Positions 8,847-17,647 of a stretch of DNA of 64,000 bases are shown here, in pieces; position 1 is the first letter of the stretch, and every line of letters starts with the position of its first letter. The translations under genes and the position numbers were made by a program. The notes below the pieces were generated by a model that made no database searches, was not told the origin of the DNA, and worked only from the letters and a program-made list of their open reading frames with translations. Source of the stretch: Bacillota bacterium (lineage in GTDB: Bacteria; Bacillota; Sulfobacillia; Fermentithermobacillales; Fermentithermobacillaceae); NCBI GenBank assembly GCA_040766745.1, contig JAXGPX010000001.1:187950-251949 (forward strand), given 5' to 3'.

Positions 8847-9875
8847 TTGAGAGAAGCGGCGAAGAGAGCATGTGTTATTGGTGCCGGTTCCTGGGCTTCG
8901 GCTCTGGCATTGGTTTTATCGGATAACGGATACCAGGTAACCCTCTGGGCCAGAAATTCCAACACTATACAGGATTTTGATTCTACCAGGCGTTTACCTA
9001 GGCTGCCCAACATCACTTTGCCGCCAGCTATTACTGCTACGACAGATGTATATGGGGCTCTGCACGGCGCGTCACTGATCGTGATTGCTATCCCTTCCTC
9101 GGCAGTATCTTCTGTGGCCAAGACTATTGCAAAAGGTTTTCCTGCTGATGCTTTAGTGGTTACAGCAACTAAGGGTTTTGATCCTGCAACGTTGAGGAGG
9201 CCTTCACAGGTCTGGGTTGATGCAAATCCTACCCTTGAGAGGCGAATCAGCGTTTTGTCAGGCCCTAACTTTGCTGCGGAAGTGGCACAGAGGCTACCTG
9301 CAGCCACAGTTGTGGCTTCCCAAGAGGAAGCAACACGGCTTGCTGTCCAACACGCCTTTATGACAGGCTATTTCAGGGTCTATACCCATGAGGACATAAT
9401 AGGTGTTGAAATCGGCGGTGCATTGAAGAACATAATCGCTCTGGCCTGCGGCATGGCTGAAGGAATGGCAATAGGTCACAATGCTCAAGCGGCCATCATC
9501 TCACGGGGCATTGCGGAAATAGCCAGGCTGGGCGTTTGCCTGGGTGCTGAACCGCTTACATTTTCGGGCTTGTCGGGACTTGGAGACCTGGTTCTTACCA
9601 GTACAGGCGGGCTTTCCCGAAACCGCCAGGCAGGTATAGCAGTAGGCAAAGGTGAGTTAATCAAAGATTTTCTACATAGGACAGGCTATACGGTGGAAGG
9701 ATTTGAGACAGTTAAGACAGCAAGGGAACTGTCCCTTATCCATAACGTACAGATGCCGATAACCAATGTAGTTTATAGGACTCTCTATCAGGGATTATCT
9801 GTTGGTGAAGGCCTTTCGGAAATGATGAGCCGTGAGCGAAAACCTGAGAAGGAGCCTTTCTTCAGAACACACTAG
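8847..9875 (+). CDS. gpsA: NAD(P)H-dependent glycerol-3-phosphate dehydrogenase GpsA
   Basis: N-terminal Rossmann motif CVIGAGSWASALALVL. The conserved der-plsY-gpsA synteny supports the call. TTG start. Confidence 0.85.
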   Translation: MREAAKRACVIGAGSWASALALVLSDNGYQVTLWARNSNTIQDFDSTRRLPRLPNITLPPAITATTDVYGALHGASLIVIAIPSSAVSSVAKTIAKGFPADALVVTATKGFDPATLRRPSQVWVDANPTLERRISVLSGPNFAAEVAQRLPAATVVASQEEATRLAVQHAFMTGYFRVYTHEDIIGVEIGGALKNIIALACGMAEGMAIGHNAQAAIISRGIAEIARLGVCLGAEPLTFSGLSGLGDLVLTSTGGLSRNRQAGIAVGKGELIKDFLHRTGYTVEGFETVKTARELSLIHNVQMPITNVVYRTLYQGLSVGEGLSEMMSRERKPEKEPFFRTH

Positions 9876-10126
9876 TACCGGCCCCTACCAGGCGTGACTT
9901 GATGGCGCCTTAGGGCCTGGCGCCCCTTTCGGAAGGGGCATATTCTGCGGAATTCTTCAGTCGGACACCTCTTATCCGGTAATGGTTCTATTCCGGCTTT
10001 GTCCCTCATAACCATTTATGAATTGCTCTTATTTGATGCCAGGACTTTTACCGGTATTCGTTATCAAGTTACAGGGTGGCTTGGCATATAGTTATCTTGA
10101 GCGTCCTCTCAAGGAGGGAGAATCAG

Positions 10127-11605
10127 GTGGAGAAGTTCGACATCTTCCGGGATATTGCGGAGCGTACAGGTGGCGATATTTACATCGGTGTAGTCGGCCC
10201 TATGCGGGCAGGGAAATCCACCTTCATCCGCCGGTTCATGGAACTGTTCGTAATCCCCAATATTACTGAGCCCTATGACAAACAGCGCACTATCGACGCT
10301 GTTCCACAGGCCGGCACCGGCAAGACCGTTATGACGGTTGAACCCAAGTTCGTGCCTGAAGAAGCGGTGCCTATAGACCTTAAGGAGAACCTCTCCCTAA
10401 ATGTCAGGGTCATAGACTGTACCGGATATCCGGTAGAAGGTGCGCAAGGGTACACAGAAGACGACGAGACTAGAATGGTCAGGACTTTGTGGTATGATGA
10501 GCCTATTCCATTTACCGAGGCGGCGGAGATTGGAACGGAAAAAGTGATATGTGACCATTCGACTATCGGGATTCTGGTTACAACTGATGGGACCATTGTT
10601 GATATCCCCCGTGAAAACTACGTAGAACCGGAAAGAAAAGTGGTTGAAAAACTTCAGGAAATCGGCAAACCTTTTGTTATAGTCCTAAATTCAACGGATC
10701 CATATTCCAAAGAAGTCTCTGATATTGCCACAGACATGGAGGAGGAGTACGGAGTGCCTGTCATTCCGGCTAATTGTTTGGAACTCACCCATGATGATGT
10801 GGTCCTTATTATGGAGCAGGTGCTCTACGAGTTTCCTGTTTCGGAGATGACTGTCAGGATCCCGAGATGGGTTCAGATGCTCAGCTCCGCACACTGGTTG
10901 AAAAGTGCAATAGAGTCAAGCATTAAGGAAGCGGTTAGCTCGGTAAAAAGGGTACGCGATATCGATGCTTGTGTAATGGCCCTCGAATCTGCCGACAATG
11001 TGGACAGAGTTGATGTTGAGCGAGTGGAAATGAGTACTGGCAGGGCAGCCCTAAGACTGGAAGCTACAGAGGAATCCTTCTTTAGGGTGCTCAGTGAGAG
11101 AGTAGGTTCCGGCATAGCCGACAAGTCGGATTTGATTGGACTCTTGAGCGATTTGGTAGTAGCCAAGAAAACCTACGACAAATTCGAACTGGCCTTGCGC
11201 GAACTCGAGGAGACAGGATATGGGGTTGTTGAGCCTACTCTCGATGACATGGAGTTTGAAGAGCCTGAGATTATCAGGCAGGGCAGAAACTATGGAGTTA
11301 GGCTTTCAGCCAAGGGGCCTGTCATACACTTGATAAGAACTGATGTAGATGCCGAAGTGAGCCCCATGATTGGTTCTGAAGAGCAGGGGCACGAACTTGT
11401 AGCCTACCTTATGGAGAAATTCGAGGATGATCCGAAGAAGATTTGGGGTACCGACCTATTCGGCAAGGCCTTGCAAGACATAGTTGTTGAAAGTGTATCA
11501 GGAAAGGTCGATAGGATGCCTGAGAATGTTAAAGCAAAGATGCAGGAAACAATGGCCAGGATACTGAATGAGGGTTCAGGTGGGCTTATCTGCATCATAC
11601 TGTAG
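10127..11605 (+). CDS. spoIVA: Stage IV sporulation protein A (SpoIVA, spore-coat morphogenetic ATPase)
   Basis: N-terminus VEKFDIFRDIAERTGGDIYIGVVGPMRAGKSTFIRRFMELFVIPNI matches the SpoIVA Walker-A region. GTG start with AGGAGGG 8 nt upstream. Confidence 0.9.
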   Translation: MEKFDIFRDIAERTGGDIYIGVVGPMRAGKSTFIRRFMELFVIPNITEPYDKQRTIDAVPQAGTGKTVMTVEPKFVPEEAVPIDLKENLSLNVRVIDCTGYPVEGAQGYTEDDETRMVRTLWYDEPIPFTEAAEIGTEKVICDHSTIGILVTTDGTIVDIPRENYVEPERKVVEKLQEIGKPFVIVLNSTDPYSKEVSDIATDMEEEYGVPVIPANCLELTHDDVVLIMEQVLYEFPVSEMTVRIPRWVQMLSSAHWLKSAIESSIKEAVSSVKRVRDIDACVMALESADNVDRVDVERVEMSTGRAALRLEATEESFFRVLSERVGSGIADKSDLIGLLSDLVVAKKTYDKFELALRELEETGYGVVEPTLDDMEFEEPEIIRQGRNYGVRLSAKGPVIHLIRTDVDAEVSPMIGSEEQGHELVAYLMEKFEDDPKKIWGTDLFGKALQDIVVESVSGKVDRMPENVKAKMQETMARILNEGSGGLICIIL

Positions 11606-11630
11606 CATCTAGTATCAGGTTAGTTTGTGC

Positions 11631-11662
11631 GGCGGAGGCTTCAGGTGGCTTCCGCCTTTTTG
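11631..11662 (+). terminator. Rho-independent terminator after spoIVA
   Basis: ggcggaggc-ttcaggtg-gcttccgcc stem-loop (9 bp with one G·U) followed by ttttt. Confidence 0.7.
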
Positions 11663-11881
11663 TTGTTATTAGCAAGAACAAGCGTCCTCCATACGCTGCC
11701 TCCACGACTGTTGAGGCTCCTATTCGGTGCCTAGAAGCGAATGTATGGCCTTCACTGAAAATACTGAGAAAGAAAAAGGAGTTTTCCCATCACTTTGTCG
11801 AAATGCCACTAGTGTAAGAACGTAAATGCAGAGCACGAGTTCTACGTTGATCTTCAATCTGAGGGAAAAGGAGCGCGGGCT

Positions 11882-13060
11882 ATGTTATACGATTTCGACA
11901 GAATATACAACAGAAAATCAACTTTGAGTGCAAAATGGTCTGTTGAAGAGGTTTTTGGCCACGATGATATCATACCGCTTTGGGTTGCAGACATGGATTT
12001 TCCTGTTGCCGAACCGATTGTGAGGGCACTGAAGGAGCGCGCTGATCACCCTATATTTGGTTATACCAGGGTTAGCCCCGGCCTGTATGAATCAATCATA
12101 AACCGGCTGGACGCAAAGTTCGGGTGGAAAATAGAGAAAGAGTGGATAGTCATAACGCCCGGTGTTATGCCTGCAGTAAATACATCAGTTGTTGCATTTA
12201 CGTCACCGGGTGACCTGGTGGCCCTGCAAAGCCCTGTTTATCCGCCTTTCTGGTCTTCGATTTCAGGCAATGGCCGTGAAGTCGCAGCTAACCGGTTGAA
12301 ACTTACCGGCGGCCGCCACGAGATTGATTTCAAAGATCTTGAGAGCAAGTTTCGCGGCCATAAAGCTCGAGCAATGATCTTGTGCAGTCCTCACAACCCT
12401 GGAGGGAGAGTGTGGAGTAAAGAGGAATTGGTGAGGATGGGAGAGATAGTGATTAGTTCGGGCGGTGTTATGATTGCAGATGAGATACACTGTGAACTTG
12501 TCATGAAGGGTTACTCTCATACCCCATTTGCTGCTATTAGCAAGGAGTTTGCCATGAACTCGGTCACGTGCTTTGCCCCCAGCAAAACATTTAACGTCCC
12601 AGGGTTCCATACATCTGTTGCCATTATTCCTAACGAGGAATTGAGGCAAAAGTTTGACAAGGCAAGGGGGAGGATCATGGGATCGCCCTGCCTTTTTGGG
12701 CTTGTTGCCATGGAGGCGGCATTTAAGTACGGAGACGAATGGCTGAGCCAGGCCATTGACTATATTGAGGGCAACATAGATTATGCAACGGAGTTTTTCG
12801 AAAATAGTGTGCCCGAGATAGTTCCTATGCGGCCAGAAGGCACATACCTAATTTGGCTGGATTGCAGGGGATTAGGATTGAAGCCTGAAGAACTGAAGCC
12901 TTTCTTTGTAGAAGAGGCAAGGGTAGGCTTAAATGACGGTATTACATTCGGTGCCGGGGGAGAAGGGTTTATGCGGCTCAACGTTGGATGTCCAAGGGCA
13001 ATTTTGCAGGAAGGCTTGAACAGAATAGAGAAAGCGGTAAAGGCACGCCGCAAGGTTTAG
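11882..13060 (+). CDS. PLP-dependent C-S lyase of the MalY/PatB family (class I/II aminotransferase fold; cystathionine beta-lyase-like)
   Basis: Characteristic N-terminus (YDFDRIYNRKSTLSAKW...DIIPLWVADMDFPVAEPI) and PLP-lysine region (SPSKTFNVPG). Confidence 0.8.
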   Translation: MLYDFDRIYNRKSTLSAKWSVEEVFGHDDIIPLWVADMDFPVAEPIVRALKERADHPIFGYTRVSPGLYESIINRLDAKFGWKIEKEWIVITPGVMPAVNTSVVAFTSPGDLVALQSPVYPPFWSSISGNGREVAANRLKLTGGRHEIDFKDLESKFRGHKARAMILCSPHNPGGRVWSKEELVRMGEIVISSGGVMIADEIHCELVMKGYSHTPFAAISKEFAMNSVTCFAPSKTFNVPGFHTSVAIIPNEELRQKFDKARGRIMGSPCLFGLVAMEAAFKYGDEWLSQAIDYIEGNIDYATEFFENSVPEIVPMRPEGTYLIWLDCRGLGLKPEELKPFFVEEARVGLNDGITFGAGGEGFMRLNVGCPRAILQEGLNRIEKAVKARRKV

Positions 13061-13073
13061 AAGCATCTTGCCT

Positions 13074-15038
13074 TTATGCGTTTTTCGTGGCTGCCATGGA
13101 TTTGGTGCCTGTATTGCTTGATCTTGGATTTAGCAGACTGCATTCTCTGTGGAGTTCTCGAAGATCCCAGCGATTCCTTGAGTATATAGAGTATGCCCGG
13201 TTTCTCAGCTGCTCTACACCTACCCTATCGCCGGTTTCTTCTAAGAGGTTGGATAGCCATAGAGATGCGCACGCAATTTCCCTACTGGATTCGTCTTGCT
13301 GGAACAATTCTATAGATCTTGCTGCCAGATTCTTTGCTTGCCTGTAGGCACCTCTAGATCGTTCCATACAGGCTCTTAGCAAGAGTACCCAGCCAAGTTC
13401 AGTACGCGCGCTGCTTTCTAACATAGCCGGGATTCGTTCAAGGAGCGCAGATGCTTCCTCTATACGGCCTTCACGCAATAGGGCCTTTGCGACCTCAACC
13501 CCTGCATATGCCCAATGGCTTTGCAGATTATCTTGTAAGTACAGTTTCTGGGCTTTGTAGAGGTATTCAAGGGATTCACCGGTACGATCCTCACGATACA
13601 GAATCATCCCGAGGTTATGGTAAGCTACGGCGAAGTCCACTTGATATCTTTCTGGAGCTTTCTTGATTGACGAAAGATAGTAGCCCTTTGCCATCTTCCA
13701 GTTTCTGCGCTTGAACTCAATCAGGCCTGACATTAGGTCTGCATGTGAAGCAAGTCTATTGGCTTCCGGAGGTTTTTGGGACCGTATCCATCCTCGAGCT
13801 TGGTTTAGGGCGCTTTCGGCCTGCTCGATCTTGCTCTGGGCAAAACTAGCAGTCGCCAGGTTCATTAGGAGGTGGCCATAGTTTGGAGAGGATGGTTCTG
13901 CCGATTCCAATCCTTTCTTATACCATGAGGCGGCTCTGGAATAGTCTTTACCAGAGTACATGTTTCCCATGGCCAGGCACACATAAACAAGCATGTCTTC
14001 GAGTTGGGCGTCTTGAAAAACCTGAAATGCACAGCCCCCCATTAGATCGGCTCCGTCAAAATCCCCGTTGTGTCCAAGGCACGCTGCATACTTGCATAAG
14101 CACTTGCCTCTTTCTCGCTGATCATTCAAGACCCCAAAGGCTATAGATGCCTCATGCCAGGCCCTGGCGGCCATATCCCATAATTGGCTCTTTTCGTATT
14201 CGTTTGCCGCTTTCTGAAAGTTATGGACTGCTTTTTGGGTTAATCCTGCTTTGACCATCACCCGGGCTAAATCCAGAAAGAACCGTGGCTCATCATCGGG
14301 AAAGGCCTCCATGGCTGCTGACAGGTCCAGGTACATCAGTCTCAATTTATCCTGCGTATATTGGGATGGCAGCACATCTTTCAGGTTTCTTCTGAGAAGC
14401 ACTCGGTTTCCTGCGATATCTTCAATAACTGACACAAGATCAAGGGCTGCAAGTTCTTCGATGCTATCTGCAAACAGGTCCTTCTCCATCTGGACTATAG
14501 ATTCTATCCATTCCATTCTGGCGTTGCTGCCCGCCAAGGAACAGGCCAGCAAGAGCCTTCTTTGATCTGCATTCAGTCTGAGGAGAACGAACTCACGGTC
14601 TTTGCTTCTTTCTGAATCACTTTGCTCGAAGTATCCAAGTATCCTTGAAAAGTATTTCTTCACAGAATGGGCCTCGTGGTCTGAGAGGGCAGCAAGTGCC
14701 AGGTAAAAGGGAACTTGCCTGGACTCAAGATTGGCCCTTTCAAGGAAAGCATCAATGAGGCCTTTGGTTTCTGTCCTGAGATGGCCTTCTGAAACCGGCT
14801 CAAAACCGGCGTTGTCATAAGAAGATGGGTTTTCCGTGTATAGGTAAGACATAGGCAACCCGAAAAAGGCTGCAATCCGGTCTTTGTATTCATCTCCGAG
14901 GTTTCTTTTTGTACCATTTAGTACCAGAGATAAGTACGACTCAGACAGGCCGATTATCTCTGCAAGATCCTTAAGCCTGAGATTCCTATGAGTTAGCAAC
15001 GCCCTAATGTTTTGGGCGAAGATCTCAAAAGAAGACAA
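13074..15038 (-). CDS. Large (654 aa) transcriptional regulator with an N-terminal XRE-type HTH and a long TPR-like alpha-helical repeat domain, resembling RNPP (Rap/NprR/PlcR/PrgX) architecture
   Basis: N-terminus NIRALLTHRNLRLKDLAEIIGLSESYLSLVLNGTKRN is an XRE HTH. The remainder is alpha-helical repeat sequence (e.g. AVAYHNLGMILYREDRTGESLEYLYKAQKLY). Probable TTG start at 15038 with AAGGGTG 7 nt upstream. Confidence 0.75.
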   Translation of the reverse strand: MSSFEIFAQNIRALLTHRNLRLKDLAEIIGLSESYLSLVLNGTKRNLGDEYKDRIAAFFGLPMSYLYTENPSSYDNAGFEPVSEGHLRTETKGLIDAFLERANLESRQVPFYLALAALSDHEAHSVKKYFSRILGYFEQSDSERSKDREFVLLRLNADQRRLLLACSLAGSNARMEWIESIVQMEKDLFADSIEELAALDLVSVIEDIAGNRVLLRRNLKDVLPSQYTQDKLRLMYLDLSAAMEAFPDDEPRFFLDLARVMVKAGLTQKAVHNFQKAANEYEKSQLWDMAARAWHEASIAFGVLNDQRERGKCLCKYAACLGHNGDFDGADLMGGCAFQVFQDAQLEDMLVYVCLAMGNMYSGKDYSRAASWYKKGLESAEPSSPNYGHLLMNLATASFAQSKIEQAESALNQARGWIRSQKPPEANRLASHADLMSGLIEFKRRNWKMAKGYYLSSIKKAPERYQVDFAVAYHNLGMILYREDRTGESLEYLYKAQKLYLQDNLQSHWAYAGVEVAKALLREGRIEEASALLERIPAMLESSARTELGWVLLLRACMERSRGAYRQAKNLAARSIELFQQDESSREIACASLWLSNLLEETGDRVGVEQLRNRAYSIYSRNRWDLRELHRECSLLNPRSSNTGTKSMAATKNA

Positions 15039-15322
15039 GACTAATCACCCTTTGAAATGAGATATATTTATTCCCATAGGCCATATCGTAAAACAGGGAA
15101 AATCTCTGATTGTTGAGACTATTGATTCGATTATAGGACGAGTTCACTTATTGAACCAGCTTCTTGGGAGAAGTTCTTGGTTATGGGTAATTGTGTCGTA
15201 ACTTATCTGGAAAGTATGAGGGGTGAATGCCCTGGGGCCCCTCATATTCCAGGGGGATAGAGACGGCCGGGAGCTTGAATCAAGATGCCCCCGGCTTTCT
15301 GGTGACTGACGCTGTTGACTTC

Positions 15323-15604
15323 CTATGCTGGCATGCCGTCTGCCGGCGCCCCATTAGCATTGGGCGGGTCGTCTTCCACAGGGGGAAGCGGCAGGGGCAA
15401 GCCAGGCCCGTCAGCCAGCAGCCCATCTTGTGGCGTCCCGTTAGCGTTGGGTGGGTCGTCTTCCACAGGAGGAAGGGGCAGGGGCAAACCAGGCCCGCCA
15501 GTTTGGTACAGCACTTTGGCTCTGTCATCCAGAGTTACTGTCATTCCCGACCCAAGGCTGATTACGAGAGCCAGGCAAATAAGAAGGTAACGGAATTTTT
15601 TCAC
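15323..15604 (-). CDS. Small secreted protein (93 aa from the second GTG) with an N-terminal signal peptide and two tandem 29-aa proline-rich repeats (GPGLPLPLPPVEDDPPNANG[T/A]P[Q/A]DG)
   Basis: MKKFRYLLICLALVISLGSG is a classic signal peptide. The second GTG (15604) has GGAGG 8 nt upstream. Two 87-bp DNA repeats give exact 29-codon protein repeats. Co-oriented with, and 285 bp upstream of, the HTH-TPR regulator. Confidence 0.6.
   Translation of the reverse strand: MKKFRYLLICLALVISLGSGMTVTLDDRAKVLYQTGGPGLPLPLPPVEDDPPNANGTPQDGLLADGPGLPLPLPPVEDDPPNANGAPADGMPA
15347..15520. repeat. Two tandem 87-bp direct repeats (about 85% identical) inside the small secreted-protein gene
   Basis: cgccccattagcattgggcgggtcgtcttccacaggggg... 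and cgtcccgttagcgttgggtgggtcgtcttccacaggagg... with an 87-nt period. Confidence 0.8.
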
Positions 15605-15630
15605 GCGAAGCACCTCCGTTTTGCAGTCTC

Positions 15631-15654
15631 GGAAAATCTCTGTTCAGATTTTCC
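15631..15654. promoter_or_regulatory. Perfect 9-bp inverted repeat GGAAAATCT-N6-AGATTTTCC immediately upstream of the RBS of the small secreted-protein gene (candidate operator)
   Basis: Read directly: ggaaaatctctgttcagattttcc. A copy of the half-site GGAAAATCTCTG recurs at 15097-15108 in the regulator's own upstream region. Confidence 0.55.
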
Positions 15655-16027
15655 GGAAGCAGATTCGCTTCGCTGTAGTGCTTCGGATTGGGATAGAATG
15701 ACTTCCTGGTAGTACATCCACCTTTGGAAAAAGCCCCTTTTCAGAAAAAGAAGGCAGACACATGAGCAGTGCTGCCTCTAGAGGTGGATGCCGGCTGAGT
15801 ACTCGGCCGATTCTTCGGTCAATACACAATTCTACGAATAGTCAGGTTATTCCTCTAGAAGTATGTATTAAATTTGACAAAATGTACTATAATTCTGGTT
15901 CGATGATCTGATGGTATAGATGAAACACATGTGTTCTTATTGGCCAGGCATTTCTTTTCTGGGAGGCCATTGAATTGGGCGCAAGACGCATCTTATGTTA
16001 ACAATAACTCCGAAAATATTCTACCGG

Positions 16028-16513
16028 TTAAAGATGACCCATGATTTCGTCAAATACCAGCCGTTCTAGGATTGACACCGAGTTGCTAATAGCAGGCGAT
16101 AGGCCAATTCCAGGATGGCAATGGAAAGGCTCAATACCGTAGATGATTACCTCGGTGGGCTTGCCTTTTTTCAGCCTGGCCAGTTCAATTGCATCCAAAA
16201 TCGAAAAGCCATGGGAGTCTCGTGCCGTATCAGTGCAATCTGAGAACCCACTCTTCAAGTGGCCGGACGGAATTACTTTGTGTATCGTTCCAGGCTGCGT
16301 TTTAGCTCTGATGGCATCAATGATGATTAGAGTGTCTACTTGCTCGAGTTCAGTGGCGTGATTGAGTACCGAGCACCCCATATTCAGGAGAGTTACATTC
16401 TCAGGCCATGTACGTAATTTCAGTTTGGCAATTACGTGTTCACTTAGGCCGTCGTCGCCCATTAATGGATTTCCGATACCTGCAACGAGGATTTTCTTAT
16501 GCTCCTTGGTCAT
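16028..16513 (-). CDS. [NiFe]-hydrogenase maturation endopeptidase (HyaD/HybD/HycI family)
   Basis: MTKEHKKILVAGIGNPLMGDDGLSEHV...LIIIDA...GIEP matches the protease family. The internal ATG at 16513 has GAGGTG 6 nt upstream. Divergent from the hydrogenase structural genes. Confidence 0.8.
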   Translation of the reverse strand: MTKEHKKILVAGIGNPLMGDDGLSEHVIAKLKLRTWPENVTLLNMGCSVLNHATELEQVDTLIIIDAIRAKTQPGTIHKVIPSGHLKSGFSDCTDTARDSHGFSILDAIELARLKKGKPTEVIIYGIEPFHCHPGIGLSPAISNSVSILERLVFDEIMGHL

Positions 16514-16699
16514 TGCCCACACCTCTCGCTTCAATCCCGTCCGGTTCATCTTATGTCACCGGTTCATATAATGCTTATAAGGTCTATGTGATGAATCAAG
16601 GAACATCTCCTTGGTTCACTGTATTCTGGTTATCCGCCCTGCTTTCTTGAGGCCGGGCACCGTGCACATTATTTCACAGCGAGAAAAGGAGCTAGAGCG

Positions 16700-17647
16700 T
16701 TGAACCAGATTGAGTTTGAGCGGCTTTGCACAGAGTTAAAACACAGCCCTGAGAACAAATTGTCGAAGGAGATTTTTCGAGTATTGAAGCCGGCCGCGAG
16801 ATTCCCCTCGGGCTCTGGTTTCTGCACGAGAAAACTCCCTGCAATTTGGATTGAAACTAATGACAGCGGTGATAACAATATTTCTTTCATGAATACTACC
16901 TATCCGTATCTGGATCAGGTTTTCCAGAACATAATCGATCTTTTGTACAGCAATACTTTTATGGCAGCCCAGGGCCAGGACGCTTTAGAGATTCTACGAA
17001 GTTCAGCCTTGCGGTACGCCGGAGAATTTGTCCTCATAGTAGAGGGCGCCATACCTGTACGGGACAACGGGCTATACAGCATCATAGCGTACGCCGGATA
17101 TGAACCTCTCACTGCTTTGAAAGTCGTATCGTGGCTGGGGCCTCTTGCAAAATACGTGGTAACCATAGGTACTTGTGCAAGTTACGGCGGCCCCTCTGCT
17201 GCCCGGCCTAATGTGGCGGGAAATGTTCCTGTTAGCCAGGTTATGAACAGGGAGGTCGTAAAAGTCAGCGGCTGTCCTGTAAATCCTGATTGGTTTGTTG
17301 GAACCCTGGCTCACCTGCTGTTGTTTGGGGTACCCCGGCTAGATGAGGTTGGGCGGCCTGCAATGTTTTATGAGTTCACCGTCCACCGTCATTGTCAGCG
17401 CCGTTCATACTTTGATAGAGACGATTTCGCCGAGAAACTAGGGGACATAGAGTGCATGTTTTCCCAGGGTTGTGTAGGGCCGAAGACAGGGTCCGATTGC
17501 CCTTATCGCCTTTGGGTAAATCATGTAAGCTGGCCTGTAAAAGTAAACACCCCTTGCATAGGCTGCACCAACCCGGATTTTCCTGACGGATCGGCGCCGT
17601 TTTTTACACCAATGCCCCAAAAGAGCCAAAGGAGGAATATGGTATGA
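16700..17647 (+). CDS. [NiFe]-hydrogenase small subunit (no Tat signal). The first two proximal-cluster Cys are replaced (DSGD instead of CxGC).
   Basis: Conserved GTCASYGG, GCPVNPD and C-terminal medial/distal cluster motifs (HRHCQRR..., GCVGP..DCPY, PCIGCTNPDFPDG). TTG start with AAAAGGAG 7 nt upstream. No RRxFxK motif. Confidence 0.75.
   Translation: MNQIEFERLCTELKHSPENKLSKEIFRVLKPAARFPSGSGFCTRKLPAIWIETNDSGDNNISFMNTTYPYLDQVFQNIIDLLYSNTFMAAQGQDALEILRSSALRYAGEFVLIVEGAIPVRDNGLYSIIAYAGYEPLTALKVVSWLGPLAKYVVTIGTCASYGGPSAARPNVAGNVPVSQVMNREVVKVSGCPVNPDWFVGTLAHLLLFGVPRLDEVGRPAMFYEFTVHRHCQRRSYFDRDDFAEKLGDIECMFSQGCVGPKTGSDCPYRLWVNHVSWPVKVNTPCIGCTNPDFPDGSAPFFTPMPQKSQRRNMV

Noticed and set aside
9876-10126. 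Sigma-E-type sporulation promoter for spoIVA (GCATATAG-like -10)
   Set aside because: Only a partial match to the CATACA-T consensus was found, and no convincing -35 element at the right spacing, so it is not called.
10018-10269. 83-aa ORF upstream of and overlapping spoIVA
   Set aside because: It overlaps the spoIVA RBS and start in another frame. The sequence has arginine- and histidine-rich composition typical of a spurious frame.
11606-11881. S-box or T-box riboswitch upstream of the PatB/MalY-type lyase gene
   Set aside because: I looked for the conserved S-box and T-box core sequences. None is present. Only a weak 6-bp hairpin was found.
15227-15712. 161-aa plus-strand ORF overlapping the small secreted-protein gene
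   Set aside because: It is antisense to an ORF with a signal peptide, RBS and codon-phased repeats. It reads through the same 87-bp repeats to give Gly/Ser/Pro low-complexity sequence and has no RBS, so it is treated as a shadow ORF.
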